This document shows positions 22,616-31,821 of a stretch of 64,000 bases of DNA, piece by piece (the first letter of the stretch is position 1; the number at the start of each line of letters is the position of its first letter). This stretch comes from Methanocaldococcus sp. 28A. GTDB taxonomy: Archaea > AGJL01 > Methanococci > Methanococcales > Methanocaldococcaceae. The notes beneath the pieces are model-generated. The model was not told the origin of the DNA. It made no database searches and saw nothing but the letters and a program-made list of their open reading frames with translations. The position numbers were made by a program, and so were the translations under genes. Location of the stretch: the NCBI GenBank assembly GCA_049852185.1, contig CP187540.1; one strand, written 5' to 3'.

Positions 22616-23331
22616 TGTGGTATCCTAAAAATATTTCGCATCTATAAATAATAAAAAAGATAACATAAATAATATGGGCGGTGTAAAACTTGAGGATAAA
22701 AAGATTAAGGAAATTATTAGATGGAAGGAGAAGGGATTTAGAACGAGAGATATTGCTAAGAAGTTGGAAATATCCACTCGTAGAGTTCAACAGATATGGA
22801 AAGAATATCGATAGACTGGAGAAATCCCAAATATAAAGCGTAGAGGTTGAAAGCCGAGAGAAATTACTCAGGAAGAGATAGATATTGTCCTTAAAGCAGT
22901 CGAAGAATATAAGGGAACAAGCCCAGTCCATTTGGAGCATTTTATCGAACGTAGGTATAATATACATATTCCACATAATCGTATATATACTATACTGAAA
23001 CAATATGGTAAAATACAACCTAAATAGGAAAAGTTGAACGGATAAATAGAGAGATTGAATATCGACTAAATAGATTTGATAGTTTAGAAGAGTTCGTAGA
23101 TTGAATGAAATCACTAATGTGGTTTCATAGCTCTTCACTACTCTCCGATTGGCATAATAAAATAAAACCACATCGTTCTTTAGATTAGACGAAAACCTAA
23201 GGTTTTCATTGCTCGCTTACTACGTAATCGATTTTAAAACTCCTTATGAAGTTTATTTCGGAAATAATATAGTTAATAATATGGAAGTGATTTCAGGAAT
23301 TATAATTGCGAAATAATTTCAGGATACCACA
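22616..23331 (+). mobile_element. Degenerate IS481-family element with an internally deleted transposase pseudogene
   Basis: TIRs TGTGGTATCCTAAAAATATTTCGCA / TGCGAAATAATTTCAGGATACCACA. Translation MGGVKLEDKKIKEIIRWKEKG...ISTRRVQQIW (with stops), then WHNKIKPHRSL..DFKTPYE. Confidence 0.85.
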
Positions 23332-23395
23332 CCATAATTATAATAACCGTAAAATTTATATATTTCCTTTTACTTTTTATATGTGTCGTTAATGC

Positions 23396-23506
23396 GGGGG
23401 TGTGGTGTAGCCAGGTCTATCATCGGGGACTCCAGTTGCCTATAGGGCACTGGACCACGGCAGGAGAAATCCCTGGACCTGGGTTCAAATCCCAGCACCC
23501 CCACCA
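23396..23506 (+). tRNA. tRNA-Trp(CCA) with a 33-nt intron (23436-23468)
   Basis: GGGGGTG/CACCCCC acceptor stem; CCA anticodon followed by an intron at the canonical 37/38 position. Confidence 0.93.
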
Positions 23507-23596
23507 TTTTTTGCTAAGTAATAATTATTTTTTATGTTTTATTTTTTAATAATTAATTTGTAGATTTGGATATATTTATGAAAATAGCTTCGATAG

Positions 23597-24139
23597 GTGT
23601 CGAAATTGGATGAACTAAAAGTTATATCCTACAACTTATCACTATTAAAAAGATTCTATACTGACGATGAATATAAATGTAAGATGAACGCTTTAATAAA
23701 TAAAATTTTAAAAGCTAAAAAAATCTTTGTTTTTGGTGTAGGAAGGAGTGGATATATTGGAAGATGTTTTGCTATGAGATTAATGCATCTTGGCTTTAAT
23801 TCCTATTTTATTGGAGAAACAACTACCCCATCCTATGAAAAAGATGATTTACTAATTTTAATATCAGGTAGTGGAAAAACAGAGACTGCTTTAACAGTTG
23901 CTAAAAAGGCACAGAAAATAAATAATAATATTGTTGCAATTGTATGCGAATGTGGGACTATAGTAGAATTTGCTGAAGTAATAATCCAATTAGATGTTAA
24001 AAAATCAAAATATTTACCAATGGGGACTACTTTTGAAGAAACGGCTTTAATATTCTTAGATTTAGTTATAGCAGAAGTTATGAAGAAATTAAATTTAGAT
24101 GAAAGTGAAATAATAAAAAGACATTGTAATCTGTTGTAA
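23597..24139 (+). CDS. phi: 3-hexulose-6-phosphate isomerase
   Basis: GVGRSG, ISGSG and PMGTTFE motifs (SIS fold). Confidence 0.93.
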   Translation: MSKLDELKVISYNLSLLKRFYTDDEYKCKMNALINKILKAKKIFVFGVGRSGYIGRCFAMRLMHLGFNSYFIGETTTPSYEKDDLLILISGSGKTETALTVAKKAQKINNNIVAIVCECGTIVEFAEVIIQLDVKKSKYLPMGTTFEETALIFLDLVIAEVMKKLNLDESEIIKRHCNLL

Positions 24140-24245
24140 TTTATTGATAGAACTTTCACATTTCATATATTGACTAACGAGTTTTTATACCGTTTCCCAT
24201 TTCCATATATTATCATAGTATTTAACAAATTTGTATGATAATTTG

Positions 24246-24494
24246 TTAATATTTTCCTAATTTCTTATACAAAATTTCACCAGTCTTTTTATTTCTAATC
24301 TCTAATATTCTATGTAGTGGAATATAGGTATCAAAATATATCAGATAGTTCCCTTTAAGTTCAACATCATCCAAAGGAATGATTTTTTTATTTTCTTCAG
24401 CCCCTCTATGTAGTATAATAACTTCAAAATCTTCTTTTTTATATTTAGGATGCCAAAAGATTTTATTTAATATTTCTTTAAGCATATATCTCAC
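24246..24494 (-). CDS. MJ1316/DUF504 family RNA-repair domain protein
   Basis: ILNKIFW...HRG...IPLHRI pattern; adjacent to a polynucleotide kinase gene. Confidence 0.85.
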   Translation of the reverse strand: MRYMLKEILNKIFWHPKYKKEDFEVIILHRGAEENKKIIPLDDVELKGNYLIYFDTYIPLHRILEIRNKKTGEILYKKLGKY

Positions 24495-24517
24495 ATTTTA
24501 TTTATTATAATTATTTT

Positions 24518-25600
24518 TTATATTAAATCTCTATCTAATAAACCAAGTTCTTCCCCATTTTCATTAATTTTTATTCTCCCAAACCTTATTTCTTTAAGAT
24601 TTTTAATTTCATCATCATTTATTGGTGATAATATCTCTAATCTTTCATTCTCAAAATCAATAGTTTTTAAAATACCTAATCCAATGCATAATCCCTCTTC
24701 ATCAATCAATCCAACTATTAAGTTGTTAAATCTTTCTGGCTCAATGTAGTATAGAATGTTTTTATCAACCTGTCTTGGCATATTTATCAAATCTCTTTTT
24801 ACTATTGTATATCTTCCCTCACATTTACTTCCATAGAGTATTTTCCATTTAAAAAGTGATTCTAATAAGTATTTTTCATCTTCCAAAATTTTCTCTCCTT
24901 GAAATATTTTAGTTCCACTAATAATTACATCATTAAAACCAATATTATAAATTTTTGAGTTTTTGAAGTATTCTTTCCATTTTTCTACTCTAATTTCTTT
25001 CCTCTCTTCTCTGCTAAATGACTTTGCATTTTCATAGACTTTTAAGTAAAAAATTCTAATTTTATTTTTAAAGGGCTTTAATATCTGTCTAAGTTCATTT
25101 CTTTTTTGCAATGCTATTATAATATCTGGCTTAATCATCTCTATTTTCATCCTCTTTAAATCAGCTCCAGAACCATGGATTAATCCTGTAGTATCAACTA
25201 TAACAACATCAGCTTTATCTTTGGCATAATCACACAGCAACTTAGTTCCTACCACCATCTCTCCAAAAAATTGAATTGGAGCTGTTGAACCAATAAAATA
25301 ACTTTTATAAGGTTTAATTTCATACAAATTGCTAAAATTTGTTTCTGGAAAGGCTAAGCTTATAGTTGCTGGAGGTAAAATGCTCTTTTGTCCAATATCA
25401 CAATCAATTATTGCCGCTTTAAATCCAGAGCTTAAAAGTTCATTAGCTAAAAAAGTAGTTAGAGTAGTTTTGCCACTATCCACTCCTCCAAGTAATAGAA
25501 TTTTAATAGGCTTTTGACAATCTTTAAGATTATTTAAAACCTCAAATCTATCATCTGGAACTTCTGATGGATAATGAGATTTGTTCATCATAATACCCAC
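24518..25600 (-). CDS. Polynucleotide 5'-hydroxyl kinase (Clp1/Nol9 family)
   Basis: GGVDSGKTT, DCDIGQ, DTTG and RxxR lid motifs. Confidence 0.9.
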   Translation of the reverse strand: MGIMMNKSHYPSEVPDDRFEVLNNLKDCQKPIKILLLGGVDSGKTTLTTFLANELLSSGFKAAIIDCDIGQKSILPPATISLAFPETNFSNLYEIKPYKSYFIGSTAPIQFFGEMVVGTKLLCDYAKDKADVVIVDTTGLIHGSGADLKRMKIEMIKPDIIIALQKRNELRQILKPFKNKIRIFYLKVYENAKSFSREERKEIRVEKWKEYFKNSKIYNIGFNDVIISGTKIFQGEKILEDEKYLLESLFKWKILYGSKCEGRYTIVKRDLINMPRQVDKNILYYIEPERFNNLIVGLIDEEGLCIGLGILKTIDFENERLEILSPINDDEIKNLKEIRFGRIKINENGEELGLLDRDLI

Positions 25601-26511
25601 CAGATTAAACTGTAAATTATTAAAAATAAAATTACTACATAATCAACTGCTTTAAATGCATTTAAAGATTTTTCTACATTTATTTTTCCACTACCAAGTT
25701 TATAATATCCAATCTTTTCTAAGGTTATATTTAAAGCATTTGCTAATGTAGCCATTGTATAGCCAGAATTTGGTGAAGGAACTCTATTAGCTTCCTTTAG
25801 AAATCCATATATTGCTTTCTTGATATTTCCTTTATAAAATGGGGAAGCAATAATTAGCAAAATCCCTGCTATCCTTGATGGAATAAAATTGACAATATCA
25901 TCTAATCTCGCAGCTAACTTTCCATACCACAAATATTTTTCATTTTTATATCCAATCATTGCATCTAAGGTATTTATTGCTCTATATACAAAAGCTCCAG
26001 GCAATCCAAAAATAATGGCATAGAATAAAGCTCCTATTATGCTATCAGTTATGTTTTCAGACAAACTCTCTACTGCTGCTGAGAGTATATGCTCTTCATC
26101 CAATTTTGATGCATCTCTGCTAACAATGTGTTGAACAGCTTCCCTCGCTTTCTCTATATCTTTATTTTTTATATATTCAATTGGCTTTCTGCAGAACTCA
26201 AATAATGATTTATATCCAATGGTTGTTGATAAAACAAAGGCATAGGTAAGATAATTTAATGGAAATGGTAATGATAAAATAAATTTTTCTAAAAAAATTG
26301 CTATAATCCCTACAACTCCTATTGTTATATTTGTAGTTAAGAAGCCAAATAAAAAATCTCTATATTTATTTTTACATTTTGTAGATTTAAATATATTCTC
26401 TAAAAAATCTATTAAATTCCCTATCCAAACCGTTGGATGAATTTTCTCTGGCAATTCTCCAATAATTCTATCAAATATAACAGTTAAAAATAGAATTATC
26501 GGATTTAGCAT
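25588..26511 (-). CDS. cbiB: Adenosylcobinamide-phosphate synthase CbiB
   Basis: HPTVWIG, IVSRD, ESLSEN, NTLDAMIGY and SPNSG motifs. Confidence 0.95.
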   Translation of the reverse strand: MLNPIILFLTVIFDRIIGELPEKIHPTVWIGNLIDFLENIFKSTKCKNKYRDFLFGFLTTNITIGVVGIIAIFLEKFILSLPFPLNYLTYAFVLSTTIGYKSLFEFCRKPIEYIKNKDIEKAREAVQHIVSRDASKLDEEHILSAAVESLSENITDSIIGALFYAIIFGLPGAFVYRAINTLDAMIGYKNEKYLWYGKLAARLDDIVNFIPSRIAGILLIIASPFYKGNIKKAIYGFLKEANRVPSPNSGYTMATLANALNITLEKIGYYKLGSGKINVEKSLNAFKAVDYVVILFLIIYSLIWWVL

Positions 26512-26523
26512 AATTTCACACTT

Positions 26524-26711
26524 ATAAAACTATCTAAGGTGATTTTGATGAACCTTTTTCTAAAAGCATAGAGGGAAACCCTCTATTGCTATACACCACG
26601 TCCATTATGTTGCCCCTAAAAGGGGCAATTAATGTCCAATATTATTATGAGGCATTGCCGAGCGAAGCGAGGCAATGCATCCGTTTTGATGAAACCTTTT
26701 CTAAAAGGTTC
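26524..26711. repeat. Multi-hairpin palindromic repeat (MJRE-like) flanked by a duplicated cbiB start
   Basis: Hairpins GCCCCTAAAAGGGGC, GCATTGCCGAGCGAAGCGAGGCAATGC and AACCTTTTCTAAAAGGTT; ~35-bp imperfect direct repeat at 26488-26523 and 26712-26747. Confidence 0.8.
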
Positions 26712-26828
26712 AAATAAAATTATCGGATTTAACATTATCTCCACTCTTTCCACGTCCTATAATAGGAGAATCTCTATACATGTATATTTCCTAATTTTTT
26801 TACTATTCTCACTTTTAATTACTTTTAA

Positions 26829-28046
26829 TTATTTTACATTATTTTTAACTATCTCAACAATATTTCCAAAAATTACCTCACTTTTGCAAAAATTAGGCAA
26901 ATATACTGCAGCTTTTCCAGAATTTGTTGCTACTTTTTTATATCCTAAATCTTCTATTGGTGAAACTACCATACAAGTATCTTTAATTATTTTTCCTCCA
27001 GCTTTTTCAATGATTTTAGAATATCCCATTCTATCTGCTATTGCTTTAATATGTAAAGAGCAACAAACCCATAAATCAGCATCTAATTTTTTATCTTTTA
27101 AAATCTCTGCTATTTTTTTAATTTCCATTAAACTGCAGTGAGGACAGCCAACACAAATTAAATCAGGTTCTTCATTTGTTGTATTTAATGTTTCATAAGC
27201 CTCTTTAATATCCTTAATATCAATAGATATTTTCTCAACTTTATCATCAATAACTTCTTTAACCTTACACTCAGCTGTTAAATGTTTAGCATGGTATAAA
27301 GCTACTCCTCCACTTGCTGCCATTGCAGCCCCTAAGGATTTTAAATCATCGTTATTTGGAAGTAATTTGTATAGGTTTTCAAAATAAGGAATGCCATTTT
27401 TTACAATCTTTCCAACTAAATAACCTAAAGCTCCATAAAAACTCTCTCCAAATTTAAAGTTAGATATTAATTGATTATCTAATTCAATGATATGTGTTGC
27501 TTTTCTATTTTCATCTAAGTGGTAGCCATAATATGGTGTTTTTCCTATAATTGCTGATGCCAATGCAGAAGGTCCTCCTTCTCTATTTGTCTTAGCTCCT
27601 AAAACAGAGTTTGCAAAACTCACAGCTGAACTTTCAGCCCAACTTATATGCTCTCCAAATTTTGGAAGATTTCCAACTAAGTAAGGTGTGCAAGTACATC
27701 CAATCTCAACTCCCATTTTTTTAAATGCCTCTATTATTTTTAACTGCTTTTTGGCAAATTCCTCATCTATTCTAAGCTCTTTCCATATATCTAAATCCAT
27801 TCCAGCAGGATTTAGAGTAGAATAAACTTTAACTTTAACATTTTCTTTAGCAAAATCTTCTAAAAATTCTAATCCAATATCTCCAATGGTTTTGTATGAA
27901 ACTCCCGAAATTTGAGCTGAGTTTATTAGTATTAGCTTCTCAGCTCCATAAATATCTCCCAAAGAAACCAACAAATTCATACATCTTCTTAAAACCTCTC
28001 CATATTCTCCATCTAATATTTTCTCTTCTTCTTTAGTTAGATACAT
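26829..28046 (-). CDS. Aconitase X large subunit (phosphomevalonate dehydratase)
   Basis: GVSY, CTCTPY, WAESSA, GCPH and NSGK motifs. Confidence 0.92.
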   Translation of the reverse strand: MYLTKEEEKILDGEYGEVLRRCMNLLVSLGDIYGAEKLILINSAQISGVSYKTIGDIGLEFLEDFAKENVKVKVYSTLNPAGMDLDIWKELRIDEEFAKKQLKIIEAFKKMGVEIGCTCTPYLVGNLPKFGEHISWAESSAVSFANSVLGAKTNREGGPSALASAIIGKTPYYGYHLDENRKATHIIELDNQLISNFKFGESFYGALGYLVGKIVKNGIPYFENLYKLLPNNDDLKSLGAAMAASGGVALYHAKHLTAECKVKEVIDDKVEKISIDIKDIKEAYETLNTTNEEPDLICVGCPHCSLMEIKKIAEILKDKKLDADLWVCCSLHIKAIADRMGYSKIIEKAGGKIIKDTCMVVSPIEDLGYKKVATNSGKAAVYLPNFCKSEVIFGNIVEIVKNNVK

Positions 28047-28057
28047 AATTCCACCAC

Positions 28058-28570
28058 TTAACCAACATAGTTTAATAGCATCTTACCTTTATCACTAATT
28101 TTTATATATCTTGACCTACCTATTTTTTCAGGTTTTTCAATTAATTCAAGTTCTAATAATTTTTCAACAACATTTTTATTAATCCAAACTAAATTATTAT
28201 GTTTTGAGGATTTATTTGAGCTTTTGCTAATTTTTCTCCAATTGATAATCTTTTTTAAATCTTCAATATCATTACCAACAAGTTCTTTTAGTTCTATAAC
28301 TAAATTTTTCATATTTTTAACACTTTGAGGGCTAACTTCTTTTTCATTTTTTCCTTCTACAACCATAACTAACTGCTTTACACTTTCATCATTATTTAAA
28401 TCTACATTTAAAAACTCCTCATTTATTAGAATACTAAGCTCTTTTATAGTTAAACCTCTATTTCCTGCTCTTCCAATAAATTTTAAGAATATTAATAACT
28501 ATTCTCTTGGTAAAGTTTCAAATAGAAAAAAAAGGTTCCAATAATCTTAGAGACTGGAGAAGAAATATAA
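28058..28570 (-). pseudogene. Disrupted gene with a C-terminal winged-helix domain
   Basis: The frame of ORF 28058-28366 extends upstream through an in-frame TAG (28499-28501): ETLPRE*LLIFLKFIGRAG...; the C-terminus LLELELIE...IGRSRYIKISDKG looks like a wHTH. Confidence 0.6.
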
Positions 28571-28622
28571 GCGTGTAGCGAAGCAATAATGTTTTTTGTG
28601 AGAGATTATTTTTTTCTTAATT

Positions 28623-29108
28623 TTAACTTCTTTTGTAAATTTTTTTAAAATATTTATATACCATATTTAAAAATATCGGCATAATATAAAAAACACTAAC
28701 AAAGCCTGCAATAAAGCCAGTTATAAATCTTAACTCATTAAAGCTTTCTCTCAATCCAATTAGTTGAGTGGTTCCATCAATTGCCATGGGAGTTAAAGCA
28801 AATATTAAATACCATTTATTGGGAATTTTAAAATCATTTAGTTTTTTTATAAAGGGATAAATCAGCATTCCTACTAAATATCCAGTATATATACCAAAAC
28901 ATCTTGCACAAACAGCCATTTTATATCCAAATATAAAATAGCTTCTTTTTGGAAGTTGGTGGCATATTAAAGAATATGCAGTATAGATATAAAAAGATAT
29001 TAACTTAAAAATTTCTGAATGCTCACCTAAATATGCAGTATAAGGTGCTAAAAAAATTCCAATGTAAAAAATTATAAAAGAAATCAACATTAAGGCACTC
29101 AAGACCAT
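28623..29108 (-). CDS. DUF2085 family membrane protein
   Basis: ICHQ, CARCFGIY and DGTTQ motifs. Confidence 0.85.
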   Translation of the reverse strand: MVLSALMLISFIIFYIGIFLAPYTAYLGEHSEIFKLISFYIYTAYSLICHQLPKRSYFIFGYKMAVCARCFGIYTGYLVGMLIYPFIKKLNDFKIPNKWYLIFALTPMAIDGTTQLIGLRESFNELRFITGFIAGFVSVFYIMPIFLNMVYKYFKKIYKRS

Positions 29109-29126
29109 TATTACAAACTGCTATCT

Positions 29127-29822
29127 GTGTTTTATAGAATATTATTCCTACCTAATAGAGACGAATACGAGAAATTCAGAGAATACTGCAAAGAGTTGGG
29201 AAAGTTCAAAAGGAAGGAAGTAGAACACTTTGACGAACTTACTCCAGAAGAAGTAAATGAAATTATAAGACATATACTTCATTCCAACAGTGCAACAAAA
29301 ATAAGGGATGCATTGATAATAAGATTAACCTATGACACAGGAGCAAGAATTGGAGAAATATTAAACTTAAAACTTAAAGATTGCGACTTCAAAAAAGGAA
29401 TATTCAAATTTAGAGACACAAAAGGTAGAGAAGTAAGATTAACTGTCTGTGCTCTCGATACTTTGAAAGCATTGAAACATTATATGAATTATTACATGAA
29501 ATCAAAAAAGAGTGAAGATTATTTATTCCAAAATAAAAATGGTGGCAAAGTTGGATACTATTGGATTAGGAAGGTGTTCAATAGGACTGTAAATGAGTTA
29601 GTAGGTAAGGGGATTATCCCAAAAAATAAACGGATTACATTACATTCACTCCGACATGGACGGGTAGTAGATTTGCTAAATAAGGGTTATGGTTTGGATA
29701 TAGTTGGTAGTTACGTTGGACATAAAGATATAAAGACAACTATGGTTTATGCACATTCTAATAGTCGAAAAATGAAATTATTAAAACAGATACAGAAAGA
29801 CTTAGACAAGGGGACTAAGTGA
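29127..29822 (+). pseudogene. Tyrosine recombinase/integrase, apparently N-terminally truncated
   Basis: TGARIGE, DTKG, HSLRH, VGH and TMVY catalytic residues present; only 231 aa; ends ~80 bp from the tRNA-His 3' end. Confidence 0.8.
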
Positions 29823-29901
29823 GGTTAGGGGACTAATTCTTGATAAAAAAATAAATATAAAAAAGACCGAATAATCCTTAAAATTGCTAAAAATAAAAGA
29901 G

Positions 29902-29974
29902 GGCCGGGACCGGGAATTGAACCCGGGTCAGGGGATCCACAGTCCCCCAGGATGGCCACTACCCCACCCCGGCC
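29902..29974 (-). tRNA. tRNA-His(GTG)
   Basis: Cloverleaf with GTG anticodon, encoded G-1 and C73; CCA not encoded. Confidence 0.95.
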
Positions 29975-29984
29975 ACTTTACCTA

Positions 29985-30072
29985 TGGTGCAGGGGCAGGG
30001 ATTTGAACCCTGGAACCCCTACGGGACTGGGTCCTAGGCCCAGCGCCTTTGGCCAGGCTTGGCGACCCCTGC
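29985..30072 (-). tRNA. tRNA-Leu(TAG)
   Basis: Long variable arm, TAG anticodon, CCA encoded. Confidence 0.95.
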
Positions 30073-30118
30073 ACATATAACACTTAATTAACTCCAAAAT
30101 AGAAAATAGAGCAAATGA

Positions 30119-30193
30119 TGCTCCGGCCGGGATTTGAACCCGGGTCGCGGGCTCGAAAGGCCCGCATGATTGGCCGGACTACACCACCGGAGC
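30119..30193 (-). tRNA. tRNA-Glu(TTC)
   Basis: Cloverleaf with TTC anticodon; the 3' end reads A-TCA. Confidence 0.95.
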
Positions 30194-30208
30194 TAATTAT
30201 TAGTTATA

Positions 30209-30286
30209 TGGTGGGCCCGAAGGGATTTGAACCCTTGACCACTCGGTTATGAGCCGAGCGCTCTGACCAGGCTGAGCTACGGGCCC
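30209..30286 (-). tRNA. tRNA-Ile2(CAT) (agmatidine-modified; could be annotated as Met)
   Basis: CAT anticodon in the same arm (CTCGG...CCGAG) as tRNA-Ile(GAT). Confidence 0.88.
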
Positions 30287-30315
30287 ATATCTAACATAAA
30301 AAAATAAAAAATTAA

Positions 30316-30391
30316 TGGCGCCCCCAGCAGGACTCGAACCTGCGACCTACGGATTAACAGTCCGTCGCTCTACCATCTGAGCTATGGGGGC
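30316..30391 (-). tRNA. tRNA-Asn(GTT)
   Basis: Cloverleaf, GTT anticodon, G73-CCA. Confidence 0.95.
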
Positions 30392-30399
30392 ACATAAAA

Positions 30400-30476
30400 T
30401 GGTGCCGCGGGGGTGATTTGAACACCCGACAACTGGATCTTCAGTCCAGCGTTCTCCCAGGCTGAACTACCGCGGC
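30400..30476 (-). tRNA. tRNA-Phe(GAA)
   Basis: Cloverleaf, GAA anticodon, CCA; first gene of a six-tRNA operon. Confidence 0.95.
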
Positions 30477-30532
30477 ACTTAATGTTTGCATAATTATGCA
30501 TTACATTTCAAGTATATAAACTTTTCGGTTAG

Positions 30533-31232
30533 GAGTGTGTCTAAAATCGAGTAATATTTATATATTAATATAACTACAAAATAAAAAAATATGGTAACGA
30601 AAAGACGGAACTCTAAGATATATGATATAAACGAGATATTAGAAGTTTTTGATGATATTATATAGAGGATATTAAATTACCCAAAGGATTGAAGCCAAGA
30701 AAATATTCTATCGAACTTTACTTAAAGTTTCTGTTGTTAAGGAATTTTTAGAAATATCGTTAAGAGCTATGGAAAACTTGACAAAGATGTTTTTTGGAGT
30801 AAGAATTGACCATTCAGTAATCCATTACTGGGAGAAGAAATTAAATAACTATATCATATCGATAGTAAATCAAATCCCCAAGAAATTTTGAAATTTAGAT
30901 TATGAAAAGACATTTATCGACTCAAAAAAGTTTTCGAATAAAAGTTGATAAAAATACATCCTATAACTCGATACGATTCAGAAAATAAAACATTATTTCC
31001 AATATCTATAGGATTAGATAAATCTGGCTTAGAGTTTGCTTATGGAGAGGGATATTTTTATGGTGATGAGGAATACGATGACAAGAATACATTATTCGGA
31101 GCTTTAACCAACAGATTCGGAGATAAATTGAATACTTTCTTAACTTTGGCTTCTATTACTCGAATCGCTATTTAGGTTTGCATATATTCTTTAATCATGT
31201 TGCTGAGGTATCGTATGTAAGTCTTATCTTAG
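30533..31232 (+). mobile_element. Degenerate DDE IS (IS5/IS982-like), copy 1; right TIR interrupted
   Basis: Left end GAGTGTGTCTAAAAT; frameshifted transposase fragments (IDHSVIHYWEKKL, TFIDS, GALTNRFG); highly similar to 44192-44971. Confidence 0.8.
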
Positions 31233-31415
31233 GGTCTGTTCAACATGGACAAATATAGATAAGAGTCCATATTGAACTTGGGCGTCATTAATCTCGCCTC
31301 TCTCTGGGTTCATTGGGAGACATGGGTCTCTGCCCCTGTCGAGAACATAAAAACCTTATGGTTTTTAAGTTCTCGCGCTTCGCTCCGAGAGAACCCCAAC
31401 TCTTCCCACCAATTA
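31233..31415 (-). ncRNA. Putative stand-alone omegaRNA/right end of an IS607-type TnpB element, with no tnpB ORF
   Basis: Shares GGGGTT...CGACAGGGGCAGAG...ATGACGCCCAA and a terminal stem ending in CC with the 3' end of tnpB at 37453-37705. Confidence 0.6.
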
Positions 31416-31507
31416 AAATTAATCGAAAACTGCCCCTTTTAGGACTCTATTTTACTCCAGCATCTGAAGTAGTTATAATCTTTATTTCTTATAATATAGC
31501 ACACATA

Positions 31508-31621
31508 TATAGTTATGTGCAAAACTATCTTAAATAAAATAAGGAGTTAGTGAATGCCTTCCTTTTGAAAAGCATTCAAAATTTCCTTTTTAAAGTTTAT
31601 TTCATTTTGCACACAACTATA
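31508..31621. mobile_element. MITE family A (~114 bp)
   Basis: Same TIR as 7582 and 10797; inverted relative to 10797. Confidence 0.85.
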
Positions 31622-31821
31622 AATACTATCTTGAGGAGGAATATAAAAAGAATTTAAAAAAAGAAGAAAAATGGAAATTCGATTTTAAATTCCAAACTAA
31701 TACATAAAATGCGAAAGTCCTATTATTAGATGAGTTCGATTATTCAATCATGGTTATGCGTAATACTCGGTTGTGTATGCTTAATGTATATATTTATATA
31801 TTCGTAGATACTGGTATTATA

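Noticed and set aside
22602-23171. 189-aa minus-strand ORF
   Set aside because: Antisense to the IS481 transposase pseudogene.
23436-23468. tRNA-Trp intron as a novelty
   Set aside because: A canonical-position archaeal intron that is already well known.
24180-24210. Possible solo CRISPR repeat (GTTTCCCATTTCCAT)
   Set aside because: Too short, single and not periodic.
26632-27141. 169-aa plus-strand ORF
   Set aside because: Starts within the palindromic repeat and runs antisense to the aconitase X gene.
28499-28501. In-frame TAG as possible pyrrolysine recoding
   Set aside because: Methanococcales are not known to use pyrrolysine, and the gene has other lesions.
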